From contig NC_043011.1 of the NCBI RefSeq assembly GCF_006345805.1, forward strand, positions 10,354,001 to 10,418,000: 64,000 nucleotides of DNA, read 5' to 3'. Shown piece after piece: positions 13,145 through 26,230 of this stretch. Below the pieces are notes generated by a model. That model was not told the DNA's origin. It did not search any database and saw nothing but the letters and a program-made list of their open reading frames with translations. Origin of the DNA: Octopus sinensis. Lineage: Eukaryota. The translations under genes were made by a program, and so were the position numbers. Position 1 is the first letter of the stretch. Every line of letters begins with the position of its first letter.

Positions 13145-16100
13145 ATGTCAAGTATGCTTAAATTAGGTTGTGTGAATGCGCGTGGCTTGGCGTCGGCTTG
13201 GAAGCAAGGTTACCTTCTAAACGACATCAAGTCACTGGACGTGGATATAGTAGCTATCAGCGAAACCAGACTCAGTAAGCCGCGGGCCCTCGAGTCCATG
13301 TTTGGCAATCAATTTGACATTTATTTTTCTCCCTGTCTGCCGAACATGGGTGGTGGAGGTACTGCGGTGCTTTTTCGAAAGAGTCTAAAGGTAAAAGTAA
13401 GAGCAATATTCCTAGACCTGGAGGGTAGGCTGGTTGTCTTGGACGTGGATGGCAGAAATGGGTGTGCATTCCGTCTGATGGCAGTTTATGCACCGTCCTT
13501 AACGGGTCGGGCGGATTTCTTCAGACGTCTAGAGGTTTTTCCTGGGTACGTCTAGACCTTTACTGTTAGTAGGGGATTGGAACGCTACCTTGGACACGCA
13601 TCTAGATTATGTGGGAAGGGATAGGAATAGAAGGGGGTGTAAGAGCCTCAAAGACCTGCTCAGACGTTTCCATTTGTCTGACAGGTTCCGACTCGACCAT
13701 CCGAACGTGCCAACGTGGACTTGGACAAACCGCGTCGGATCGTCGAGATCTTATCTAGATAGAATTCTATGCAGGACAGCGGATAGGGATAGTGTAGGAT
13801 GTCCACATTTAAAATAGTCAGCTACACAGATCACAAATTTGTTACGTGTACGCTCGACTTAGATAAAACACATAGGCAGGGTCCCGGTTACTGGAAACTG
13901 AACACGTCGCTGTTAGCGCGACAGGTTACAGGAACCGGATTAGCGAGTTAATTAAGAGGGCGCTGACGGGAGCGGTCGTTAACAACCGCTGGTGGTACGC
14001 CCTGAAAATGGCAATAAAATCGGAATCAATTAGGTTTAGCAAGGAATTAGCGATAGAACGAAATAGAGTAGAGGGAGACTTAGTTAAGAAACTAGAAGAG
14101 GCACTTACCACTGGCAGCGCAACCAACGTGCTAGCTGCGAGGATGGCCCTCGACCAACACCTCAACGCCAAGCACGAAGGTTGCGTCGTCAGAGCTAAAA
14201 TGCGTGCCTTAAGGAACGAAGGGATTGAAGCTGCGCGAGAGGCCCGGGTAGCGGAGGCGCAGCGTGGCAACAGATCAACCATTCGGTCTCTAATAGATCA
14301 ACAGGGATGCAGTTTACTCGAACCCGAAAGGATGTGTGAGGCCTTTCAACAGCACTTTGCTCGACTGTTTGGTGCGAGTGGTGGGTCGGAACGAGGGATG
14401 GATTTCAGTGCCTACCTGACCGACCTGCCGCGGCTCTCGGCAAGAGAGGCGGAGTGTTGTGAAAGTTCCATCACACAGCCGCTGACGTGTGGGATGCGAT
14501 GGCGGGCTGCGCGAGGGATAAGTCGCCTGGATTGGATGGTTTACCCTACGAGCTGTATTGTCGAATGCCAGACTTGTTTGGCGAACTCTTGGCATCAGTC
14601 TACTGCAACTGGCAACAAAACGGGAGAATCCCCGGTTTCGTGAGCCGAGGTGCAGTGACGTTGCTGAAGAAAGACTCAAACAAGGGGAATTTTATAGATA
14701 ATTTCAGGCCCATCACTCTGCTCAACGCAGATTTGAAAATTTTGGCCAAAGTAATAGCCGAGAGGTTGGCGCTTGTCATTGGTAAACTGGTCGACAGGGC
14801 GCAAACATGCGCCGTGCCGGGCAGAACCATACATGACAACCTCCATCTGATGCGCTATATTGTGGACAGGGTAGTTAAGGATCCTGGCATGGGTGGGGCG
14901 CTGATAAATTTGGATCAGTCTAAAGCCTTCGATAGGGTCGACCATCGGTACTTGGCGGCCGTCCTCAGGGCGGCTGGCTTCGGTCCCGTCTTCCGCGGTT
15001 GGATCGCTGCCTTGTATAGCGGCATCCGATCGGTGATTCGGGTAAACGGTCACCTGTCTAAACCGTTTGACATCACGCGTTCGGTCCGTCAGGGGTGTCC
15101 CCTGTCGGCGCTTCTGTATGTATTGACTCTCGAGCCGCTACTGCGGAAGCTGGCGACACTGAGGGGCATCCCACAGGAACGGGTTGCGGGACGAGCGTGT
15201 CGGCATATGCGGACGATGTCACCGTCATAGTGTCGAGCTACCAGCACATCGAGCTGGTCGGCGAGACACTAAGAAAATATGAAACGGTGACGGGAGCAAA
15301 GATTAACCCGGAAAAGTCAGTGGGTTGCTACTCGGCACCTGGAGAAGCAAGCCCATGCCGTCCGACTGCGGCTCAGTAGTGGGACGCTGGACGGACGGAC
15401 CGGTTAAATTGCTCGGGGTCTGGTTCAGTCCGGACCTCCAAATGGATAAGAACTGGGACGAGATCACGAGTAGAGTGGTCGCTCTCAGCCAAACATGGGC
15501 CGAGAGAAAGCTGTCTCTAAAAGGCCGGGCGGAGGTGGCGAACGCGTACATCGCATCCGTCATCGATTACCGCCTGACCGTCGTACCTTGTCCCGACGCC
15601 ACCATCACCAAACTGGAACGCATACTCTTCCGCTTCCTGTGGAAGGGTGGAGTTCCGATGGTGAGGAAGTCCATTTGCTGTCAACATCCGTTGAATGGAG
15701 GACTGGGCATGCCGTGGTTGATGATGCGCAGGCATGCGCTGAGACTGCGACATCTCTGGAAATTCATCGACGACGGTGAACAGGTGTGGGCGCCGTTTGT
15801 GAGGCGCGACTTCCCGCAGCTCGTCTCACTGACCGAACTGAAACGTGGATCAAAAAGAGACCGAAACTGGGCGATTGGCACCGAGAGTGTCGCCAAGCTC
15901 TACAGCAGCTCTGCCGACCGGGGTCAAACTTGTGCAACTTCCAAACGACTAAAGCGTTCTATAGAGGACTAGTGGAGGGGAGGTCCGACGACACACTCGG
16001 GGCAAACCTGGGCGTCGACGAGGAATTCCTAACCCGCCTGTTCAGGACGACGTTCGGGCCGGGGCCTATGGATAACTTCCAGAAATCCCTGGCTTGGCAG

Positions 16101-16591
16101 TGCTATCGAGACGCACTACCTGTTCGAGAGAAGAGCTACAGACACGGTTCGAAAACCATCACCGGACCGACCTGCCCGAGATGCGGTCAGAGCGACGAAA
16201 CCGTTCTGCACGCACTCGTGCAGTGTCCAGATATTTCAGAGCTGTGGTCCTTCGTCGAACAGCTGTTGTCACGTGTAGGTCAGGCTCGCCTATCGGCCGA
16301 GTCTTTGTGAATATTGTTCCACCACCTTCCTTTAAACGGGAAGGGAAAACGGTTTTCGTTACGCTGATGGCTATGGCGAAAGAATGTGTGTGGTGGACGC
16401 GTTTGAAAGGACTGCAAACAAACACCTTCCTCTCTGGTCAGTCTCTCGTCAACTTTTTCAAGTACCACTTGAAAAGGAGGATGAGAATAGAGAGGAAGGC
16501 TTTGTCGAACGAATGTTTTAATAAAAAGTGGGTAAAAGTGGCAAAAATGGTCAGTATGAAAGACGACACTATTTTAAGCATAAATCTGTAA
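13145..16591 (+). pseudogene. Tx1 ORF2: AP-endonuclease, reverse transcriptase and C-terminal zinc finger, several frameshifts
   Basis: Motifs GCVNARGL, VAISET, VGDWNA, SYLDRI, TDHK (APE); KSPGLDGLP, NFRPITLLNADLKILAK, LDQSKAFDRVDH, VRQGCPLS, AYADDV (RT); CPRC...ETVLHALVQC. Confidence 0.93.
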
Positions 16592-16891
16592 CCAAAAGAG
16601 ACAACGAGAAGTAAGGCGACTTACTCATGTGTTCTTTTTCGAACTGCCTGAGGTGACCTTGGTCTTTTTTGTAGGTTTTTCTTTCCAAGACTACACCTAA
16701 ACTGTGAACCTTATATATATATATATATTGCTTTTTTATATACACACACAACCCACAGATCCCTATTGATCAAACTTTTTTTTTTTTTTTTTCTTCTTGC
16801 CCCACCCATCCCACCACGAAAAGAAAAAATTCTACATTGTATTTCGTCCATTTTTATTCTGTGTTTAGCCCTGTGTGGCTACAATAAAAAG

Positions 16892-17440
<549 letters not shown>

Positions 17441-17445
17441 GAATC

Positions 17446-20400
17446 TTGAAACTGAACGCATCCTTCCCGTCCAGACAGGTTTTCAGAGAGAGAATTAACA
17501 CGTTAGTAAAAAGGGCTTTAACGGGAGCCATTGTCAACAACAAATGGTGGTTCGCCCTCAAGAGAGCAGTAAAAGCGGAAGCAATTAGATATAGCAAGGC
17601 ACTAGCCGTAGATAGAAATAGAGTGGAGGGTGAGTTAAGAAGTTAGAAGAGGCAATAAGAAGCGGCATCACATCCGACGTTTTAGCGGCGAGGTTGACCC
17701 TTGACCAACACTTCAACGCCAAACACAAAGGGTGTGCTGTCAGGGCTAGGATGCGTGCTCTAAGGATGGAAGGTGTTGGAACCGCGAGGGAGGCCCGGGT
17801 GGCGGAGGCGCAGCAGGGCAACAAAGCCACCATCTGGTAGATGGACAAGGGCGCGAATTGCTCGAGCCCAGCAAGATGTGCGAGACATTTCAGCGGCACT
17901 TTGCCCGACTGTACGGGACGAGTGGCGAGCGTGAACGCAGGGTGGACTTCAGTGCCTACCTGCACAGCCTACCACGACTCTCGGCAAGAGAGGCACAGTG
18001 CTGCGAAGGTGCCATCACGGCGGCGGATGTGCGGGACGCGATGGCAGAATGCTCAAGAGACAAATCGACGGGTTTGGATGGTCTGCCCTACGAGTTTTAC
18101 AATTGTATGCCAGACTTGTTTGGAGACGTCTTGGCAGCGGTATACTGCAACTGGCAGCAAAACGGGAGCATACCCGGTTTTGTGAGTCGAGGAGCCGTAA
18201 CGCTGCTGAAGAAAGATCCAAACAAGGGGAACATTATAGATAACTTTAGACCAATCACTCTGCTCAATGCAGACCTGAAAATTTTGACCAAGGTGTTAGC
18301 CAAGAGGTTGGTGCTTGTCATCGAGAAACTGGTCGACAACGCACAAACGTGCGCCGTACCGGGCCGGAGCATCCATGACAACCTCCATCTGATGCGCTAC
18401 ATCATAGACAGAGTAGTTAAGGAACCTGGCATGGGTGGGGCCCTGATCAAATTGGATCAATCGAAAGCCTTCGATAGGGTAGGCCATCGATACTTGGAGG
18501 CTGTCCTGAGAGCGGCTGGTTTCGGTCCCGTCTTCCGCAGCTGGATAGCTGCCTTGTACAGAGGCATCCGTTCGGTAATTCGTGTAAATGGACATCTATC
18601 GAGACCTTTCGACATTGCACGTTCGGTCCGTCAGGGATGCCCCCTCTCAGCGCTTCTATACGTATTGACTCTCGAGCCACTACTGCGGAAGCTGGCGACT
18701 CTGAGGGGCATCCCGCGATAATTAGGATGCGGGACGAGCGTGTCTGCATACGCGGACGACGTCACCGTCATAGTGTCTAGCCACGAGCACATCGAGCTGG
18801 TCGGCGAGACACTGAAAGACTACGAAGCGGTGACAGGAGTAAAAATCAACCGGGAAAAGTCAGTGGGCTTGCGGCTCGGCACCTGGAGAAGCAAGCCATG
18901 CCGTCCACCAGTACCTCCGTCGTGGGACGCTGGACGGACGACCCGGTTGAGTTGCTCGGGGTCTGGTTCGGTCCGGACCTCCAAATGGAGAAGAACTGGA
19001 ACGAGATAACGAGTAGGGTGGTCACTCTCGCCCGGCAATGGGCCGAGAGGAAACTGTCCCTAAAAGGTCGGGCGGAGGTGACGAACACGTACATCGCGTT
19101 CATCATCTACTACCGCCTGACCGTCGTACCTTGCCCCGACCCTACCATCACCAAACTAGAACGCATTCTCTTCCGCTTCTTGTGGAAAGGATGCGTCCCG
19201 ATGGTCAGGCGATCCATTTGCTGTCAACACCCGTTAAAAGGAGGGCTGGGCATGCCGTGGTTGATGATGCGCAGACACGCGCTGAGACTGCGACATCTCT
19301 GGCTCTATGTAGACGACGGTGAACAGGTGTGGTCGCCGTTTGTGAGGCACGCTTTCCCGCAGCTCGTCTCCATGACCGAACTGCAGTCGTGGATCAAAAA
19401 GAGGCCGAGGAAGGGCGAATGGCACCGCGAGTGTCGCGTTGCTCTCAAGCAACTCTGCCGTCTCGTGTCGACCTTGAGTGACTTCAACACAACCAAAGCA
19501 TTCTATAGGGGATTAGTGGAGGGGAGGTACGACGACGATCTTGGGGCAAACCTGGGCGTCGACGAGGAATACCTGACCCGCCTGTTTGAAAAGACTTTCG
19601 GGCCGGGACCTATGGACAACTTCCAGAGATCCCTGGCCTGGCGGTGTTACCGAGAAGCGCTACCCGTTCGGGATAAGCTCTATAGGCATGGCTCGAAAAA
19701 CACGGGGCCGAATGCCCGAGATGCGGTCAGAGCGACGAAACCGCTCTGCACGCAGTCGTGCAGTGTCCAACAATCTCCGACCTGTGGGTTTATGTCGAAC
19801 AACTGCTGTCACGTATGGGACGTGTCGGTTTATCAGCCGAGTCTATCGTTAATATCGTCACGCCTCCTTCCTTCAAACGGGAAGGAAGAGCTATTTTTAT
19901 CATACCTGTGGCTATGGCGAAAGAATGTATCTGGTGGACGCGCCTGAAAGGATTAGAGACAAACACTTTCCTCTCTGGTCAATCTCTCAGCAACTTCTTC
20001 AAGTATCACTTGAAGAGGAAAGTGAGAGTAGAGAGGCAAGTTTTGTCTAGTGAATGTTTAAAAAAAAGATGGGTGAATGTAGCAAGGATGGCACGTATGA
20101 ATGACGAAGCCACCTTAACTATGATCCTATGAACCGTAAAAATTAATACAGAGTTGCTTATTTGTAAAAAAAAAAAGAAATATAACATGTGACTTCATTG
20201 ACCGAGGTTGCCGTGGTCTTTTCCGTAGGCTTTTCTTTCCACGGGTAAACCTCATCTGTCCTCCCTTTTACACTTCATATTGACATTTCTGTGATAACGA
20301 TCCCTATTGATCAATTTTTTTCCTTTCCTTTTTTTTTATTTTATCCCCCCCCTTTTCTTATTTTGTCCTCTTTCTTTCCTTTTACGATCCCTTTTGATCG

Positions 20401-20493
20401 ACAACCAAACCCCCTTTTTTACCCCCAAAAGAAAAGCTCTACCTTGTAATTTGTCCTGTCTGTGTGCAGCCCTGTGTGGCTAATAAAGAAACA
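17446..20493 (+). mobile_element. 5'-truncated Tx1 copy 2 (diverged relative of copy 1)
   Basis: ORFs 17858-18721, 18898-19947 and 19758-20132 align motif by motif with copy 1 ORF2; ends GCCCTGTGTGGCTAATAAAGAAACA followed by (TATC)n. Confidence 0.92.
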
Positions 20494-20518
20494 TATCTAT
20501 CTATCTATCAATCAATCA

Positions 20519-20593
<75 letters not shown>

Positions 20594-20594
20594 A

Positions 20595-20646
<52 letters not shown>
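20494..20646. repeat. (TATC)n/(CAAT)n array, 3' flank of copy 2
   Basis: Direct reading. Confidence 0.95.
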
Positions 20647-20647
<1 letters not shown>

Positions 20648-21019
20648 CCTATAAATGTGTGCGCGTGCGTTCATGTCTCGTCAAACATCAAGACTGCAGC
20701 TTGACCTGAAATCATTAGTTAAAACTAGAAAAGCGATGTTACCCATTAAAACCACTCAAACACTGTTTATATTTACTGTTGATCGATTTTTGCGATAGAC
20801 AGATGCTGTTACTCCAGGTCAATGTAGAACTGGGGACAATAACAGCTAAGAGATGTTTCCACACTCCTTAAAACTGTGGAGCTCTAGAATAAGCGTCCCA
20901 CTACAGCTAAAGCCATACCCAGGACTCTACGAAGGCCCTGGGTATGGATTAAATAGCATGTAACCACCCAAGCCGGGGTATTTGAAATCGTGGGATGCAG
21001 TATGGTTGATATGAACTAT

Positions 21020-21340
21020 TTCGACTGACAGGTGAACATATTGAATCAATGGCGATCATCATTAGATGCTGAGCGGATGAAGAGACAACAAACAGTCAAC
21101 AGCCAGGATCAACCAGTTCAGTTGGCGAATTATTGCTATCATCTGTAGCCGTGGTGTGTGCACAGTTGCGATATTTCAGCCACCGAAAGACTAATATGAT
21201 TAAAACCCAGGTCTGACATTTATGCCGCATCGCTCGATCGGGATGTCTGGCATGACCTCATCATTTGATCAGGACGTCTGACGTGGAAGAGTTACATTGA
21301 TCTGACGAGTCGTAAGACCTGGATGGATGGATGATGTGAC
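21020..21340 (+). mobile_element. decayed RTE-like LINE 3' fragment
   Basis: Residual ...RMDEE... and ...SLDRDVWHDLI...-like C-terminal peptide traces and a (GGAT)n tail; heavily degraded. Confidence 0.3.
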
Positions 21341-21423
21341 AATATTGTATACTGTAACAAGTGGTCACTTATCATTTCTACTTGGTCACTGTAAACTGTT
21401 TAATGATATTTAGATTCATCTCT

Positions 21424-21615
21424 AAGGCGGAGAGCTGATAGAATCGTTAGCCCACCGAGCAAAATGCTAAGCGACATTTCGTTCTGAGTTCGAATTCCGC
21501 CGAAGTCGACTTTGCATTTTATTCTTTCGGTTGGTACCAGTCGAACACTGAGGTCGATGTGGTCGATTTACCCACTTCCCCGAAATTGCTAGCCTAGCGC
21601 CAAAATGGGAAATCA
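21424..21615 (+). mobile_element. tRNA-derived SINE family A (tail type 3) with an 18-bp TSD
   Basis: Head GGCGGAGAGCTG...GAGTTCGAATTCC. ATATTTAGATTCATCTCT (21406-21423) versus ATATTTAAATTCAACTCT (21616-21633). Confidence 0.8.
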
Positions 21616-22364
21616 ATATTTAAATTCAACTCTGAATGTTCTGAAATCCACCACAGTTCATTCAGTAGTCCTTCATACTGACATATCCTGTAACCTTCAA
21701 CAGACCGTTGTGTCACCAGCAATAAATAGCAATTGACACAAGTCCAGGGGCACCCAGCCCTTTCCAAGATGCTGATTATGGTCTAGAGTCGTTGCTACAG
21801 CTTAGAAGTGAACCTGACTCGCCACCTTTACCATTCTACAACAATCAGTTATCCGTGAAGCAGTCAAAAACGTTGTTGTTGTTTTTTAACCCCAGGTAAG
21901 CTCTGATCGACTAGACCTATGATCAAAGACCTTCCAGTCGTAACTATCCTGTCTTTTATTCAATGTTCTGCCTTGCAAAGTGACAGGGTACGATTTAAGC
22001 GAAATTTAACTGCATTTTTTTTTAGCAGATCGAGCACTACATTGAGAATATTACCAGTAATACGCAACTGCTGATTTGATCATTTGTAAAGTAAAAATAA
22101 AGCATGGTTGCTCGACCTGCTAGGAATACTAACCAAATGACCCTCAAATCCTACTCGAACGTTTTAGATCCAGACAATACTTAAAAGGCGGCATGGTCAT
22201 GGATGGAATACTTTTATTCGAAGTTCTTCTATTCTATTTCTACACAGCCATAACATAAGACTGGATCAACTGTTATTTTTGATCCCAATATATCGATTGA
22301 TTGGATGCTTAATGACATCTATCTGTCCGTCTGAACTTTTCGCTATTATTACTGATCGCTCCTT

Positions 22365-22606
22365 AAGGCGGTGAACTGGTAGAATAGTTAACATGCCGGA
22401 CAAAATGCTTAACGGTATTTCGTCCGTTTAACGTTCTGAGATCGAATTCTGCAGAGGTCGATTTTGCCTTTCGGAGTCGATGAAATAAGAACCGTTCAAG
22501 TACTGGGACCGATGTAATCGACTTAACCCCTCCCCACAAATTTCGATGTAATCGACTGGCTCCCTCCTCCAAAATTTCAGGCGTTGTGCCTATATCAGAA
22601 AGGGCT
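22365..22606 (+). mobile_element. tRNA-derived SINE family A with a duplicated tail junction
   Basis: Same head and body as 49181-49399; CGATGTAATCGACT occurs twice (about 22510 and 22544). Confidence 0.8.
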
Positions 22607-23359
22607 ATAATACTGAGCGCTCACACTGCTAGAAATAGCAACTAAATATTCTTTATTCCTCATATTATACCTAAATCTCTTTAAAAATATGAGAGGAAAC
22701 ATAGGATTAGACTGCAGACAAGATAAGTTGGTTGTTGATCATAGCTGGAAAGTTTTTTTTTTATCGAAGATTTACTCGTTGAGGGCCAACACGGAGCTAA
22801 AATAACAACAACTGGTCAAGGGAACAAATTGCAAGTAAATGGACATTGAAAGAGCTGCGAATCATGTCAATGTGGTACGGCGATTGCTCCCACTGGACGG
22901 CACGTTCGGTAAGTGTCTGCTGTTACACCACGGTTTTGACCATTATCTTGTAAGAGAAATTTGGTACACGGAAGCTGAATGGAAGCCCTCGTATGTAATA
23001 ACATTTACTGGGTTTCACACCTCAATTCTCAAAACAATTTGATTGAAGAATTGGTAAAATCTGACAGAAGGTGGCTCGTAGATTCCGGTTTTATGACGGG
23101 CATTTATTGCATTGAATACCAGTAATATACTTAAATCTATTATCGCTGGAAACGAAGAAGAGTAAGGCATGAGGAGAGAGAAACAGAGAAACAGATAGAA
23201 AGAAGCGTTTGTAGGAAGGTGTCGACTGGACATCAGGTATGAGGATTGAAATGGCTTAATAACGTTCAGGCTAAACAATTATCAAGGGACAGTAGTTCGC
23301 ACTTGGACACTACAACACACACAAACACGCAACACACACTCACACACACACACCACACA

Positions 23360-23425
<66 letters not shown>

Positions 23426-23510
23426 TTACAACACATACACACATGGTTGCATGGTTACCATCTCTGTCGTCCCAGAAAAGGAGAAATTCCACTGAGTGCA
23501 TGTGTGTGTG

Positions 23511-23544
<34 letters not shown>

Positions 23545-23814
23545 TGCATGTGTGTGTGTATGAGTGTGTGTGTATGAGTGTGTGTTTGTGTGTGCGTGCG
23601 TTTGTGTATGTGTGTGATTGTGCGCATTTGTGTGTGTGTGTTAAAAATAATGTTTAAAAATCTCAACTTACAATGTTTCCAGTTGTCTGTAAGAGATATA
23701 ATTACAACACACTGGCAACAAATCTATTCACACACACACACACACACAGAGAAGGCCAGGGGCTATTGCAATCACAGAGTCAGAGTCGATGCATGACCTA
23801 GGAAAGATGGAGCC

Positions 23815-24350
23815 ATGTGTCGTTCCATGTGCTGTGTATTACTAAGATTGCAACAACGTGGAAGTGATCGACTGGTTGGATTCTGCAATCATTCACAACA
23901 CGAAAGAAGGAAATCATGGAGTTCGTACGGAGAACATTCCTGCTCAATCGCCTGCATTACTATTTTCAATTATGGCGGCCACAAAGCGACAAATGAAGAA
24001 CAGAACACGAGGCTCTAATACCAAGAAGATTGGCTCAATGCAACAGATGGACTCCCGGGAGAGATTAAAAGAGCTGGGGTTCTACTCCATAGACAGAAGA
24101 CCCGAAATATTTGCAGTGATATATAGAGGGAAAATAAGCTATATCATTTACTAGACTGGAGGCCACTACATAGTACCAAAGATCTCTTCCTGTCCGTCCA
24201 AGTAAGGACTCAAAACTGCAAAAGCTTTGGGTTCAAAGGCCCGCAACTTTTTGATACATTGCTAAAAGGCCTCGGAGATCGACGATGTGTAGATGTGGGT
24301 GTGTTCATAAAACAATTAGACTAATATTTATCTGACATACGGTGTAAGAA
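23815..24350 (+). mobile_element. decayed CR1-group LINE 3' fragment
   Basis: Nucleotide similarity to the reverse complement of 34620-35150 (for example GGGTTCAAAGGCCCGCAACTTTT...GATGTGGGTGTGTTCA). Confidence 0.6.
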
Positions 24351-24419
24351 ACGTAAAGAAGAACAGTTCCGTCCAACTCACTACTTTACCAGGAGCGATT
24401 TCAGAGACAGAACCAAGAA

Positions 24420-24530
24420 ATGAGATTAAAACCTGCGTGGTACCTTGGAAAGCGTTTTCTGCGATAGGCCCGGGCCGACCACAGCCTTGGGAGTGGATTT
24501 GATAGACGGGAACTGAAAGAAGCCCACCAT
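24420..24530 (+). mobile_element. SINE family B body fragment
   Basis: GGGCCGACCACAGCC...GAACTGAAAGAAGCCC followed by (TA)n; homologous to the reverse complement of 58601-58746. Confidence 0.6.
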
Positions 24531-24548
24531 ATATGTATATATATATAT

Positions 24549-24810
24549 ATATATAAGAAAATAGTAAAGTGTGAAAAAACGACAGAAGGCTTAAATGTTA
24601 AAAAATATATATATTTGTGTCAAAATGTCTGGAGAATATTGGAAAAATTTTTTTCCTTTCCTTAAAATGACATAATTTTAAAAATTATGTCATTTTAAGG
24701 AAAGGAAAAAAATTTTTCCAATATTCTCCAGACATTTTGACACAATATATATATTTTTTAACATTTAAGCCTTCTGTCGTTTTTTCACACTTTACTATTT
24801 TCTTATATAT
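24549..24810. repeat. near-perfect palindrome with arms of about 130 bp
   Basis: Arms are reverse complements around A24680, with a single 1-nt length difference in one short run. Confidence 0.95.
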
Positions 24811-24839
24811 TCACCCACGTGCTTTACCAAACAAACTTT

Positions 24840-24884
<45 letters not shown>

Positions 24885-24886
<2 letters not shown>

Positions 24887-25212
24887 ATTGTTGTACTTCG
24901 GGATGGTCATTTTATTTATTATTATAATTATTACTTTGTCACTTTTGCCAAATAACGCATTATTTTTTTTCTTCATTCGTTTATTACCGTTTTTTTTACT
25001 GCCTGTCCATTGTCCGGAAATCTTTCGCCACACATCTGGAGTGAGTGGAGGAAGAACACACACAGAAACGAAAAGTGTCGCTGAAGAGGTCACAGGTATG
25101 TGACGAAAGCTTTCCGAGCAATGGACAGGCATTAAAATAATAAAATGGCAGTAATAAACGAGTGAAGAATATATATACATTTGTATTCGGGGATGGTCAT
25201 CTTGCCAGTTTA

Positions 25213-25285
<73 letters not shown>

Positions 25286-25400
25286 TGTGTGTGTATGTGT
25301 GTGTGTGTGTGTGTGTGTTTATTTGGCAAAACCAGGAAATAATAATAAATAAAATTACCATCCCGAAGTAGAACAATATCTGTTTCAACACACGACTTCA
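24885..25400. mobile_element. Penelope-like (PLE) terminal relic with nested inverted repeats
   Basis: 24885-24955 is inverted at 25322-25380 and 24970-25040 is inverted at 25095-25170; a hammerhead-like motif lies in the middle. The PLE assignment is an inference; no RT or GIY-YIG coding sequence seen. Confidence 0.45.
25076..25120 (+). ncRNA. candidate minimal type I hammerhead ribozyme
   Basis: TGTCG-CTGAAGA-G-GTCAC(aggtat)GTGAC-GAAA-GCT-TTC-CGAGCA; stem III is marginal. Confidence 0.4.
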
Positions 25401-25901
25401 CATCAGGAATCTTGCGAAACGATTTGATAAACATGTATATATATACATATATATGCGCACACGCACACACTCGCACATACACATACACGCACACACACGC
25501 ACCCATACTCACATACACACACACACATTCCCACACCGTCATACGCACACATGCAAATACACATACACACACCTTTGACCTCTTTCTACTGTCGCCAACC
25601 ATCTGCTACTGACCTGCTCGAGGAGTGACATAAACACAAACACTAACACACACGCACACAGACGACACACACAAACCCAAGCACATACTCACACACGCAC
25701 AACCACACACACACACACTGACCATTTTCACACTCTCCTGTCCCCCCAAAACTACTTTATCTATCTCTTTCTACTTCCGGTCACTTCAGTCTTCTTTCGA
25801 CTTTCCCCTTTTCCCCTTTCACCGAGCGTCGAGCGAATACATTTCTTGTGCTCGTCCTCGCGTTCATGTTTTTCGTTTTTATCATTCGTTCATTTGAATT
25901 G

Positions 25902-25985
<84 letters not shown>

Positions 25986-26174
25986 TATAATTGTTCTGTG
26001 AGATAACGAACAGACTACACTTCAGAACATTTCAAAGTTAAAACAACAGAATGTGTGTGTGTGTGCGTACGCCATACTCTCATGTATATTACGTCATCAC
26101 ACAGTTTTCTATTTCTCGACTAATCAAAAATTTATTTTTATACAAGTTTCGTTTATGCCCACGTGTAAATAAGT

Positions 26175-26230
<56 letters not shown>

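Larger units (their letters stand above)
11027..16892 (+). mobile_element. full-length Tx1/L1-clade non-LTR retrotransposon (copy 1), frameshifted
   Basis: 5'UTR, ORF1 with a zinc knuckle, ORF2 with APE + RT + CCHC, 3'UTR ending GCCCTGTGTGGCTACAATAAA; (TATC)n on both sides. Confidence 0.92.

Noticed and set aside
22821-22907. Possible exon ending at G|GTAAGT (also a 20-nt micro-exon at 5747-5766)
   Set aside because: Weak acceptors; about five GGTAAGT sites on the plus strand is near a rough chance expectation of about four.
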